64,000 nt of DNA from an uncultured delta proteobacterium (lineage in GTDB: Bacteria; Desulfobacterota; Binatia; DP-6): assembly GCA_963713495.1 (NCBI GenBank), contig CAVQLX010000007.1, forward strand, positions 825,309 through 889,308, given 5' to 3'. The notes beneath the pieces were generated by a model. It saw nothing but the letters and a program-made list of their open reading frames with translations. It was not told the origin of the DNA and ran no database searches. Within the stretch, counting starts at the first letter, position 1; each line of letters opens with the position of its first letter. Shown one piece after another: positions 9,466 through 19,264 of this stretch. The translations under genes were made by a program, and so were the position numbers.

Positions 9466-10445
9466 GGGTTCGCACCCCCGGACGCAGCTCGAGGCCGCGC
9501 CTTCGGTTTCGGCCGCCGTTCCTGGCGCAGCGCCCCGAGCAGGCCGCGTCGCGTGCGACGCCGATCGAAGCGTTCCCACGCTCGCGCGACGCGGGCGCGC
9601 AGCTTGCCGGCTCGCCGCTCGAGCCGGTCCACCACCGCGCCCATGGCGAGCAGCGTCGCGGGCGGGAGCTGCGCGGAGCCGGCATACGCGCGCAGCCATG
9701 CGATCTGCGTCACCGCATCCTGGTGCTCGCCGAGCGCATCCTGGAGACGCATCAGGCGGAGCAGCACCGGGTGCATCTCGTCGCCGACGAGCGCTTCGAA
9801 CGCCTCGCCCGCGTAGCGCAGGCGCTTCGCGCGCACGCGCAGCCGGTGCAGCGCGACGGCCGGCGTCTCCGCGTCGAGATCGCGACCTGCGCGCTGCACC
9901 GCGCGGTGCAGCGGCTGGAGCAGGTTGCCCGCGACGTCTCCCAGCCGGACGGGACCGCGGACACCGGGTCGCGACAGCACGAACTGCCCGAGCCGCGAGA
10001 GGATGCGCCGGCTCCGCGCGGTGTCGAGCAGGCGGCAGAGCTCGGCCAGGGCCACCGCGCGCCGCTCGACGAGCGCGTGCTCGAGCGGACCGAGCGCGGC
10101 CCGCGCATCGTCGGGCAGCCGGCGGCTGCGCGCCGCGATCGCCAGCGACAGCACGTCGAGGTCGCGCACACCGCCGATGCCGCGGCCGAGCCATCCGAGC
10201 CCCTCCGTCGCGGACCCGACGAGCGCCGCCGGCAGGACGGGCGCGAAGAGCTGGAGCGTGGTGCGCAGGCGCCGCGATGCCACGCGCAGCTGGTGCACGG
10301 CCTCGATGTCGCCGCCGCGCGCCGCGGGCTCCTCGCGCTGGAACGTGGCGAGATGAAAGCCGAGCACGCGGCGCGCGGCCACGCGCGCGTCGTCGTTCGG
10401 CGACAGGGCGGGCGGGCGTGGCGCGACCGTGCGAGGGGACTTCAT
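9462..10445 (-). CDS. CHAD domain protein (polyphosphate-binding)
   Basis: VHQLRVASRRLR, RDLDV, LHRLRVRAKRLRY, LQDALGEHQD. Confidence 0.9.
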   Translation of the reverse strand: MKSPRTVAPRPPALSPNDDARVAARRVLGFHLATFQREEPAARGGDIEAVHQLRVASRRLRTTLQLFAPVLPAALVGSATEGLGWLGRGIGGVRDLDVLSLAIAARSRRLPDDARAALGPLEHALVERRAVALAELCRLLDTARSRRILSRLGQFVLSRPGVRGPVRLGDVAGNLLQPLHRAVQRAGRDLDAETPAVALHRLRVRAKRLRYAGEAFEALVGDEMHPVLLRLMRLQDALGEHQDAVTQIAWLRAYAGSAQLPPATLLAMGAVVDRLERRAGKLRARVARAWERFDRRRTRRGLLGALRQERRPKPKARPRAASGGANP

Positions 10446-10464
10446 CGACGGTTGGACGCCAGGG

Positions 10465-12030
10465 TCAGCGCGCGGCCCGCACGCGTTCGGGCACCTTGCG
10501 TCGTGCGGCACGCGCACGCAGCACCACGCGGCGATCCAGCAATCGCGACAACGAGTCGACCCGGCGTTCCGCAGCCCACAGTTCTAGCTCCGCACTCTCG
10601 CCCCCGGTCTCGGCGGAGATCACGAGCCGACCGCCCTGCCGGGAAACGTTCACGCGTTTAATCACACCGAAATGGGTGCGGTCGAGCGCGTCAGCCACCC
10701 GGAGCAGCGCCGCCAGCCCGCGCACGAGCCGGCGGTTCGCCGGCGCCAGGCTCTGCATCTCGGAATCGGACAGGCGTGGCGTCTGCTTGCGATGTCCTCG
10801 CGCGACGAGCGCGATCATCTCGATCTCGACGGGCGAGAATCCGAGCAGCTCGCTCGCCCGGATCAGGTAGTAGGTGTGCCGCTGGTGGCGATCGTGCTCG
10901 ATGGCGTGCCCGATGTCGTGCAGCAACGCGGCATGCTCGAGCAGCTCGCGGCCGGCGGGCGGCAGGCCGAGGTCCGGGGCGAGCGTGTCGAAGAGCTGGA
11001 GCGCGAGCATCGCCACCTGACGGCCGTGCGCGTTGGTGCCGGCATAGCGTGTGGCGAGCGACTGCACGCTGCGCCGGCGCCCCGTCGGCGACGCCGGTGC
11101 CTGCGCGCCCGGCACGCGTGCGAGATCGAGCAACACGCCCTCGCGCAGCGCCCACGAGCACACGACCAGGTCGAGGCCTCCGGCATGCGAGAGGATGGTA
11201 TCCAGCAGGATGACGGCGGCGGGCATGAGGTCGGCGCGCTTGGCGTCCATCCCCGGCATCTCGGCGCGCTCCTCGGCGTCGAGCGACAGGACGCGCTGGC
11301 GCAGGCGCGTCAGCTGCTCGGCGGTGGCGCTCGCGCCGTGCAGGCGCGGCGCATCGTCCCCGCGCGCCGCCAGCGCCATCGCCACCAGCGTGTGCACGGT
11401 GCCCGACGTCCCGATCGCCTGCACCGCGCCGGCGCGCCGCACGCGCGACAGCAGATCTCCCATCTCGTGCTCGAGGTGCCGCTCGAGGGAGCGAATCTGT
11501 CCGGCGGACGGCGGATCCTTGGTGAGATACTGCTGGGTCAGGCGCGCGACACCGAGCGGGAGGCTACGCATCCAGAGCGGGCGGCCGTCCTGCGCGAGCG
11601 ACAGCTCGACGCTCCCGCCCCCGACGTCGACCAGCAGGTGCGGGCCGCCGTCCAGCCCGAGGGCATGGCGGCTGGCGCGGAAGATGAGTCGCGCCTCCTC
11701 CGGTCCGGAGATGATCTCGATCGGCAGCCCCGTCTCGCGTCGCAGCTTCTGGACGAAGCGCTCGCCGTTGCGCGCCTCGCGCACGGCGCTGGTCGCGACC
11801 GTGCGCAGGCGCTCGACCCGCCGTACGCGGGCGAGGCGGCCGAAGGTCTTGAGCGCGCGGCCGGCGAGCGCCATCGTCTCCGGAGACAGCTGCCCGGTGG
11901 TGAACGCCTGCTTGCCGAGGCGCACCATCTCCTTCACGCGGTCGATGACCTCGATCCGGCCATCGGGCGTGACGTTCGCGATGACCATGTGCACCGAGTT
12001 GGTGCCGAGGTCGATGGCCGCCAGGCGCAC
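10465..12030 (-). CDS. ppx: Ppx/GppA exopolyphosphatase with C-terminal HD domain
   Basis: AAIDLGTNSVH, ATSAVREARN, DVGGGSVE, ALREG, ALLHDIG, LRVADALD. Confidence 0.93.
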   Translation of the reverse strand: MRLAAIDLGTNSVHMVIANVTPDGRIEVIDRVKEMVRLGKQAFTTGQLSPETMALAGRALKTFGRLARVRRVERLRTVATSAVREARNGERFVQKLRRETGLPIEIISGPEEARLIFRASRHALGLDGGPHLLVDVGGGSVELSLAQDGRPLWMRSLPLGVARLTQQYLTKDPPSAGQIRSLERHLEHEMGDLLSRVRRAGAVQAIGTSGTVHTLVAMALAARGDDAPRLHGASATAEQLTRLRQRVLSLDAEERAEMPGMDAKRADLMPAAVILLDTILSHAGGLDLVVCSWALREGVLLDLARVPGAQAPASPTGRRRSVQSLATRYAGTNAHGRQVAMLALQLFDTLAPDLGLPPAGRELLEHAALLHDIGHAIEHDRHQRHTYYLIRASELLGFSPVEIEMIALVARGHRKQTPRLSDSEMQSLAPANRRLVRGLAALLRVADALDRTHFGVIKRVNVSRQGGRLVISAETGGESAELELWAAERRVDSLSRLLDRRVVLRARAARRKVPERVRAAR

Positions 12031-12083
12031 CGGCGCATGCTAGCCGGCAAACGTGCCCGTGTCACCGGCCGTCGCCGCGCGCG

Positions 12084-13752
12084 TCACGCGACCGGCAGTC
12101 GCAGGCGTGATCCGTCCACCGCGTGGCACGCGCAGAGGCGCGCGACGGCGGCCGCCAGCGCGTCGAACCGCCGCTCGTCGAGGATGCCCGTCGCGAGGAA
12201 GTCGTCCGCGAACCAGGTGCTGGAGAGGAAGAAGGATCGCGGGTCCTCGATCCGGGTGAGGCCGAGCGCCGGCCCGACGTACTGGTACTCGAAGAGGTAG
12301 CGGACCAGCATGCGCCAGAGCAGTGCAGCGGGGTATTCGGCCCGCAGGGTGCGCACGTTGTGGCGGGCATAGACCTCGCGCTCGGCCGGGCTCATGAACG
12401 CCCGCGCGACGAGATTCGCGCGGTAGTCGGGCATCCGTGTCACCGTGATCCGCGCCAGCGCGGCGCCGGCGCCGGCGTCGCCGGCGAGCGCCGCGAGATC
12501 GGCGGCCGTGGCGCGCCGCACGCCGGCGGGGGCGGCGGCGATCGCCGCGTCGAGCTCCGCGCCCAGCGCGGCGCGCAGCTCGCGATACGCGTCGCGCGAG
12601 ACGGTCCGCGGCACCCACCCGGCGGCGTCCGCGAGATGCGCCCACTCGTGCGCCGTGCGCGCGCCGACCATCTCGTGCTCGAACGGCAGGGGGGGCCCGT
12701 GCAGGCGATCCATTCCCGGCTCCTCGAGGTTGTACGCGATGAGCCGCCGCTCGGCGTGGAGATAGGTGTAGCCGGTCTGGAACGTGTTCGGCTGCGGCGC
12801 CGGAAGCGCGTCGCGATCGACCACCGCCGCGAGGAAGGAGCGCGTGTGGCGGTCGATCGCCTCCAGGTCGGCGCGCACCGCGGCGATGGCCACCGCGTCG
12901 GCACCTGCGAGCAGCTCGGCGACCGCAGCGGTCCGATCGGGCGCGGTCGGATCCCACACCGTCCGCCCGTCGCCCCCGGTCACGACGAGCCCCGGCGCCG
13001 CCCGCGCCAGCCAGTCGCACAGCATCTCTGCCGCGGCCGGATCACGCCGCGTCCACGCGCGACGATAGGCCGCGAGCGACACGCTCGCGGCCGCGCTCCA
13101 CCGCTCCCCGAGCCGCGGCGGCTCCTCCGCCAGCGCGGCCGGCACCAGCAGCCCGGTTCCCGGGATCGATCGATGCGGGCTCACCACGAGCGGCGGCCGG
13201 AGCGTCGCGTGATGGAGCCGGCGCAGCCACGGCAGGGCATCCGCCAGCGCGCGCCACGCTGCGGCATCCGGCCGCGGGCTGCGCGCGACCGCCGCCGCGA
13301 ACGCGGCGCACTCGTCGTCGGTCCGCTCGAGCCACCACGCTGCGCCCCGCACGGCGGCGAACGCGACCTCGCCCGTCTGCGCCATCCAGTCGCCGTGCGC
13401 GAGCAGGCAGGCGAGCAGCTCCGGATCGGAGCACGCCGGGTCGACGTCCGATGCGTAGAGCAGCCACGTGCTCGTGTTGAGCAGCGAGACGTACGGGCGG
13501 ACGCCGAGCGGATCGCGGACGATCGCGATGTGGCGGCGGCGCGGCGGCGGCCAGCCGGTGGTGCGGCGAGCGAGCGACGCGCTGCGCTCCCAGTACCGCG
13601 TGAAGCCGGCGTCGAAGAGCGCGACCTGCGCCTCGGGCCAGCCGGCGCGCGCCGAGAGCAGGTCGGCGAACGCGCGGCGCAACCCCGTCGCCGTCAGATG
13701 CTCGATGGGGACGAGGACGAGCCGCGGGTCGCTGAAGGCCCAGTCGTCTACG
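12084..13752 (-). CDS. Hypothetical protein with HExxH motif; start codon uncertain
   Basis: Coding-like frame from the DUF1501 stop to 12084, containing TAHEWAHLAD. The first canonical start downstream of the junction is TTG at 13682. Confidence 0.65.
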
Positions 13753-15166
13753 GCAGGAAGCCCAGGTCGAAGTTCGCGGTGGTCCAGAAGTTCGCGGGAT
13801 TGCCGCCGTCGACGGCGAGCACGTTCGCCAGGATGTCCGCCTGGGTCATGTTGACGAAGTGCTTGAGCACCGTGCCGTACACGTCGCGGAAGTCGGTGGA
13901 GCGGTGCGTGACTGCCGACTGCTTGTAGACGGTGTTCTCGTCGTTGTCGAGGTTGAAGATGTCGGGATGCCGGCCGTAGACGCCGCCGACCACGGATCCG
14001 CCGATCACGAACATCGGCCCCTGCGAGCCGTGGTCGGTGCCGTTGTCGTTCTGCGGGATGCGGCGCGCGAACTCGCTCCACGTGACGATGCACACCCGGC
14101 TGGCCACGCCCATGTCGACGAGGTCGTCGTAGAAGACCTTGAGCGAGTCGCCGACCTCCTTGTGCAGCCCGTAGTGCTGCCCGTCGGGATCGGCCCCGCC
14201 CTGGTCGGAGTGCGTGTCGTACCCGCCGTTGCTCAGGTGGAAGAAGTGCGAGTTGACGTTCGGAATTCCCTGCTCCCGGGCGTAGATGCACTTCGAGATC
14301 TCACGCAGGTCGCGCGCGGTGCTACGGTCGACGTTATCGTAGGAGTCCTGGATCGCCTGCGAGCGATCGGTCTGCCACAGATCGTTCGCCTGCGGGTAGC
14401 TCTCGCTGCTGAGCAGGGTGGCGTTGCCGCTGTCGCCGAGGTAGCTCCGGATCGGCTGCGCCTCGCCGGCGGCCTCGTTGTAGAGCGCCTGGAAGGCCGC
14501 GCGCTTGCGGTTCTGCTCACTGTTGTCGCCGAAGTCGTCGTAGGGAAAGCCGAAGTTCTCCAGCGTGTTGATCGCGAGCACGCTGGTGGCGGTCTGCCGG
14601 AACTCCGGCGCCACCTCGCCCGAGATGCAGACGCCGGGCACGTCGCTCCCGGTGTACTGGCCCGGGATCGCCATGTGGCGGCCGACCCAACCGGTGCCAG
14701 CATACGCGCCCAGGCCGAGCGGGTTCGCGGTCCGCCAGATGGTCTTGGCCTCGTCGTGCGAGAGGCTGTAGTTCGGGTACCCGCAGCCCTGGACCACCGC
14801 GACCTTCCCGAGGTCGTAGAGCTGCTTCAGGCCGGCGAATCCGGGATGCAGCGCCAGCTGGGTGCCCGTGGCCGCATCGGTACCGATGGTGGTACCCGCG
14901 AGCGACCCCTGCGACAGGTTGATCCCGCCGCCGTCGGTGCGCCGGTAGCCGTCGTACGCGCTGCGCAGCGCGCCGCTCGCGTACGGCGTGACGGTGTTGA
15001 GGCCGTCGTTGCCGCCGTCGAGGTAGAGGACGATCAGGTAGCGGTTGCCGATGGTGTCGGCCATCGCCTGGCGAACGAAGAGGTTCTCGAACAGGCTCGG
15101 ACCGAGCAGCGTGCCGGCCGTGGCCAGGCCGGTACGCTGGATGAACTGGCGTCGCGTGATTGCCAT
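13748..15166 (-). CDS. DUF1501 domain protein, Tat-exported
   Basis: ITRRQFIQ twin-arginine signal, LDGGNDGLNTV, GGYDTHSDQ, SEFARR..N...GTDHG, TDFRDVY. Confidence 0.92.
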   Translation of the reverse strand: MAITRRQFIQRTGLATAGTLLGPSLFENLFVRQAMADTIGNRYLIVLYLDGGNDGLNTVTPYASGALRSAYDGYRRTDGGGINLSQGSLAGTTIGTDAATGTQLALHPGFAGLKQLYDLGKVAVVQGCGYPNYSLSHDEAKTIWRTANPLGLGAYAGTGWVGRHMAIPGQYTGSDVPGVCISGEVAPEFRQTATSVLAINTLENFGFPYDDFGDNSEQNRKRAAFQALYNEAAGEAQPIRSYLGDSGNATLLSSESYPQANDLWQTDRSQAIQDSYDNVDRSTARDLREISKCIYAREQGIPNVNSHFFHLSNGGYDTHSDQGGADPDGQHYGLHKEVGDSLKVFYDDLVDMGVASRVCIVTWSEFARRIPQNDNGTDHGSQGPMFVIGGSVVGGVYGRHPDIFNLDNDENTVYKQSAVTHRSTDFRDVYGTVLKHFVNMTQADILANVLAVDGGNPANFWTTANFDLGFLP

Positions 15167-15185
15167 GCGCGTGTCCCCCCGACGG

Positions 15186-16653
15186 CTAGTGGAGCTGATA
15201 GGCTGGCGACTGCATCAGCAACGCGAAGAGTCCGTTCAGCTTCTCGTTGCGCGTGTCGAAGTCGTTGAGATCGAGCGTCGGGTTGGCCCCGTTGTCGGTC
15301 AGGTAGACCTGCAGGTTGGTCTTGTCCGCAGCCTTCAGGAAATCCTGCAGCCCGAGAACCGTCGCCGCGGCGTCGACGATGTCGCCGGGATCGCTGAGGC
15401 TCAGGTCGACGAGCTTCTCGGGCCGGAACGATCCGCCGCCGTCACGCGCCGACGTCGAGGTCGCGGGCGAAGTTGAAGCGCGCGAGCAGCGTGGCGCTGC
15501 TCACCCAGCCGCCCTCCCAGTCCCAGCCGAACACGCTCGGCGGATCGCCCATCACCTGGCCCATGTTGGTCAGGTGGTCGAGGATCGACGAGAAGCTCCC
15601 GCCGAGGATCTGGTAGAACTTTCCCTTCGGCTTCATCTGGAGCAGGCGCAGCGTGCTCGCGACGTAGTCGATCGGCCACTTGACGGACTTCTTGCCAGTC
15701 GCCGTGTAGGACGCCGGTCCTTCGGCGGTGAGATAGAAGTTGTCGTGGCAGAAGATCGCGCGCAGCAGCGGGGCGAGCTCGAACGTGGTGTCGAAGCTCG
15801 AGTCGGCGACGACGTCGTCCACGAACTGGGTGACGTCGGGGCTCGCATGCGCGAAGTACTCGCACAGCCGCGTAGGCGGTTCGCCGCGCGACCGTGTTCT
15901 TCCCCGTCGAATCCGTGTGGGCGAAGATGATGTCGATGACGCGGTCGATCTCCCCGGGGCCCGCTCCCTGGCCGGTGATGTCCTGGCCACCGGCTCCGAA
16001 ACCGCCCGTCGACTGGTAGATGACCTTCGGGCTGCCACCGTCGTGGTTGCCGTCGTCCAGGAAGGCGTTGCCGTGGTCGTCGTAGCGCCAGCCGGTGAAC
16101 GCGCGCGCGATCTGGACGATGTCGGCCTGCGTGTAGTTGTTCTGCGGAGGGGACCCGAAGTCCTTCACGCCGAGCGTGAACAGCTCCTGCAGCTCGCGGG
16201 CGTAGTTCTCGTTGGGCACGTCGTCGTCGTTCCGCACCGTGTCGAGGTACTCCATCATGGCCGGGTTCTTGTTCATCGCCTTGACGAAGTCCTTGAAGTT
16301 GCCGTTCGCGTAGGTGTGCAGGAGCCGAGACGTAGCTGCGCCATCAGCTTGACGTCCTGCACCTTCGTGAAGCCGACGGAGAAGTGGTCGTGCCAGAACA
16401 GCGCGAGCTTCGCGAGCAGCGGCGTCTTCGACTTCAGGATGAACTTGAACCACTTGTTGTGCATCCGCTCGAAGTCCTTGCCGCCGGGCTTGAACGGCTT
16501 GGCGCGGAAGTCGAGCACGAAGTCGGCCGCGTCGCCGCGCGTGCCTCCCTGGACGTTCTGGAAGTCCTTCGGCATCGGCCCGAAGCCGGTCCGACGCAGG
16601 AGGTGCCGCGCCTGGTAGTCCTGCAGCGGTGCATCCGGGTTCACGAGACTCAT
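15186..16653 (-). CDS. DUF1800 domain protein, interrupted by three frameshifts (~16335, ~15871, ~15457)
   Basis: ARHLLRRTGFG, LFWHDHF, PAMMEYLD..N....PNENYARELQELFTLG, ARAFTGW, PPSVFGW, SPAYQLH, spread over successive frames. Confidence 0.85.
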
Positions 16654-16688
16654 GTGATCTCCTCCGGTCGACGGCGCGGCGCGCGTCG

Positions 16689-17690
16689 CTAGTCGGTGCC
16701 CGGAACCCAGCCCGTCTCGGGGGCCCCGGCCTCGATCCACAGCTTCACGATGTCGATCAGGAACTGGTCCAGCTTGCCCCGGTCTCTCGGCATGCGCTCG
16801 CCGAGGAGCTTGTCGGGAAGGTCGCCGGTGAGCTTGTGGTACATGTAGCTCGTGTCCGTGCTCGCATTGGCCGCGTCGATGCGCTTCCAGCCGAGCCCGA
16901 TCGCCGTCTGGTTGTACGGCGTGACGTCGGCGATCGCGGCGTAGGAGCTGCCCTCCTCGAGCACCATCTCGTTCTGGTGGGTCTGCGAGTCGTGACAGCC
17001 GCTCAGCGCGCAGCTCTGGTTGAAGATCTGCTTCTGGATCCGCTTGAACGTGCCGCCGGAGGGATCGGGCATTATGGGCGCATCGGGATCGCCGAAGATC
17101 ACGCGGGGCTCGCACGGCACCGGTGGGTCGCACGTGAGCTTCAGCTTGTCCGTGTCCTTGTAGAGCTTGCCGCCCTGGAACGTCGACAGCGTCACGATCT
17201 TGATCTGCTTCTTGGCGGACTTGCAGACGTCGCCGGGAAACGGACCCTCCAGCCGGACGCCGATGTTGGTGGGCGTGGTGCAGCGGTCGGCCGTGCTGGT
17301 CGGCGTCTCGATCTGGCTGCCGATGCGGTTCTGCAGCGCCTGGAAGTCGGTGTCGAACTTCGGATCGCCGTTGTCGAGCGCGTGGTCGACGACGATCGAG
17401 TTCACGCCGCTGAGCGTGCAGTGCGCCGGGTCGAAGGTGCTGTTGGCGCAGACGCCGACCTGGAAGACGCACTCGCCGTTCACCACGCCGTCGGCGTCGC
17501 AGCTCGGATCGCCGTCCGTGCAGCGCACCTTCTTCGGCTTGGTGGGCGGATCGTTGACCGGCGCGTCGAGCGCGAGCAGGCAGTCGGTCCTCGAGCTGCC
17601 GCCGCCGCCGATGACGATCGCCCTGGCCACTGGCGCCGTCACGAGCAACACCCCCGCGACGATCGCGAGCGACCGGGTCCCCCCTCGCAT
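16689..17690 (-). CDS. Secreted Cys-rich protein with C-terminal c-type cytochrome-like domain
   Basis: Signal peptide, Cys-rich N-domain (GGGSSRTDC, CTDGDPSCDADG), IFNQSCALSGCH (CX4CH), GERMP, WIEAGAP. Confidence 0.75.
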   Translation of the reverse strand: MRGGTRSLAIVAGVLLVTAPVARAIVIGGGGSSRTDCLLALDAPVNDPPTKPKKVRCTDGDPSCDADGVVNGECVFQVGVCANSTFDPAHCTLSGVNSIVVDHALDNGDPKFDTDFQALQNRIGSQIETPTSTADRCTTPTNIGVRLEGPFPGDVCKSAKKQIKIVTLSTFQGGKLYKDTDKLKLTCDPPVPCEPRVIFGDPDAPIMPDPSGGTFKRIQKQIFNQSCALSGCHDSQTHQNEMVLEEGSSYAAIADVTPYNQTAIGLGWKRIDAANASTDTSYMYHKLTGDLPDKLLGERMPRDRGKLDQFLIDIVKLWIEAGAPETGWVPGTD

Positions 17691-17916
17691 GGCCCGAGCG
17701 TCTTAACACAGGCACGCGGGTCGACGTCAATGGAAATCGCCCGCCCGTTCGGGGCTGTGGCTCGCCGTGAATCCGCGAGCACCGTGCCGGGTGCGCGTCG
17801 TCGCGACGCATTCGATACTGCGTGAAGTCGGGGGCACGGCGTGCCACGAGCAGCCGCCTCCCACCGGGTCCAGGGCCGGCACGCGGCTCGCACGGCTTCG
17901 GGCAGGAGGTCCACCG

Positions 17917-18492
17917 ATGCCGCTCCGCTATGCACTGCTCGCGCTGCTCGGCGAAGGAGAAGCGCACGGCTACCAGCTGGTGAAGCAGTTCACCGCCCAG
18001 CTGGGGCCGTTCTGGCATCCGAACGTCGGGCAGGTCTACCAGCTGCTGCGCGACCTCGAGCGCCAGGGCCTCGTCGTGCGTCGTGACGAGGCGCGGGGAA
18101 CCCGGGCGCGGCGGCTCTTCCGGCTCACCGCGCGCGGCGAGCGCGCGCTCCGCACGTGGCTGGCGCGACGGCCGGGATGGCCACCCCCGCTGCGCGAGGA
18201 GATCTTCGTTCGCTTCCTGGCAGCCCGCCGCCACGGCGCGGAGGCGGTCCGGACCCAGCTCGACCGCCAGGAGGAGGAATACCGTCGCTATCTCTCCATC
18301 ATCCGCGAGGAGGGCGCCCGCGCCGCCACGTCCGTGACCAGGCGCCTGGCGCACGAGGCGGCGCTCGGCCACGTCGAGTCCCGGTTGCGCTGGCTGGCGC
18401 ACTGCCGGCAGGTCCTCGACGAGGCGCCTCCCGGACCGACGTCGCCGGACGGCGCGCGCGCCGCCAGCGGCACCTGCCGGCAGCGAGCCTAG
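17917..18492 (+). CDS. PadR family transcriptional regulator
   Basis: LRYALLALL..GEAHGYQL, GQVYQLLRDLE, FRLTARG. GGAGG RBS. Confidence 0.9.
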   Translation: MPLRYALLALLGEGEAHGYQLVKQFTAQLGPFWHPNVGQVYQLLRDLERQGLVVRRDEARGTRARRLFRLTARGERALRTWLARRPGWPPPLREEIFVRFLAARRHGAEAVRTQLDRQEEEYRRYLSIIREEGARAATSVTRRLAHEAALGHVESRLRWLAHCRQVLDEAPPGPTSPDGARAASGTCRQRA

Positions 18493-19262
18493 TTCTCCTG
18501 CGAGCGGATCACCAGGTGATGCACGCTGGCAGGTGGCGGCTGCGAGAGCTGGAACACCACGGCGCGCGCCACGTCGTCCGCGGTGATCGTCGGCGCTCGC
18601 GGGTTCAGCATCCCGAGCTCGACCCAGCGCTGGATGGCGGCCGGCAGCATCTCGGGATCGAGGCCGGCGGCGAAGTCCGTGCCCGCGACGTTGTGAATGT
18701 CGACCGTCATCACGCGCACGCCACGGGGCGCCGCCTCCGCGCGCAGCGTCCGCGCGAGAGCGATCACCGCGGCCTTCGACGCCGCGTAGACGCCGAAGTA
18801 CGGCCACGCGCCCTCGGCCGATGCCGAGCCCATCAGCACGATGTCGCCCCGCCCCTGCGGCAGCATGTGGCGGAGCGCCGCGCGACAGAGGCAGAGTGTG
18901 CCGAGCAGGTTCGTGTCGAGCACGGCCCGCCATTCCTCGATCCGTCCATCGGCGATCGGCCGCAGGACGCCCACCGCGGCGTTGCCGATCACCGCGTCGA
19001 GCCGGCCGAAGCGTGCGACGGCGCCGTCCACCAGCGCGTCCACCTGCGCCGGATCGCGCAGATCGCCGGCGATGGCCTCGGCACGACCGCCGGCCGCACG
19101 GATGTCGTGACACACCGAGGCCAGCGCGTCCTCCCGCCGCGCGCCCACCACCACCGCCATGCCGGCGCCCGCCAGCGCGCGCGCGGTCGCCGCGCCGATC
19201 CCCGCCGACGCGCCGGTCACCACGCCCACGCGTTCGGCGAGCGGCAGCGCGTCCCGCTCCAT
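18489..19262 (-). CDS. SDR family oxidoreductase
   Basis: VVTGASAGIG, NAAVG, YAASK. Confidence 0.9.
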   Translation of the reverse strand: MERDALPLAERVGVVTGASAGIGAATARALAGAGMAVVVGARREDALASVCHDIRAAGGRAEAIAGDLRDPAQVDALVDGAVARFGRLDAVIGNAAVGVLRPIADGRIEEWRAVLDTNLLGTLCLCRAALRHMLPQGRGDIVLMGSASAEGAWPYFGVYAASKAAVIALARTLRAEAAPRGVRVMTVDIHNVAGTDFAAGLDPEMLPAAIQRWVELGMLNPRAPTITADDVARAVVFQLSQPPPASVHHLVIRSQEN

Positions 19263-19264
19263 CA

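Noticed and set aside
17877-17892. Possible sigma-54 site CGGCACGCGGCTCGCA before padR
   Set aside because: Spacing is right but it deviates at both conserved T positions; too weak in GC-rich DNA.
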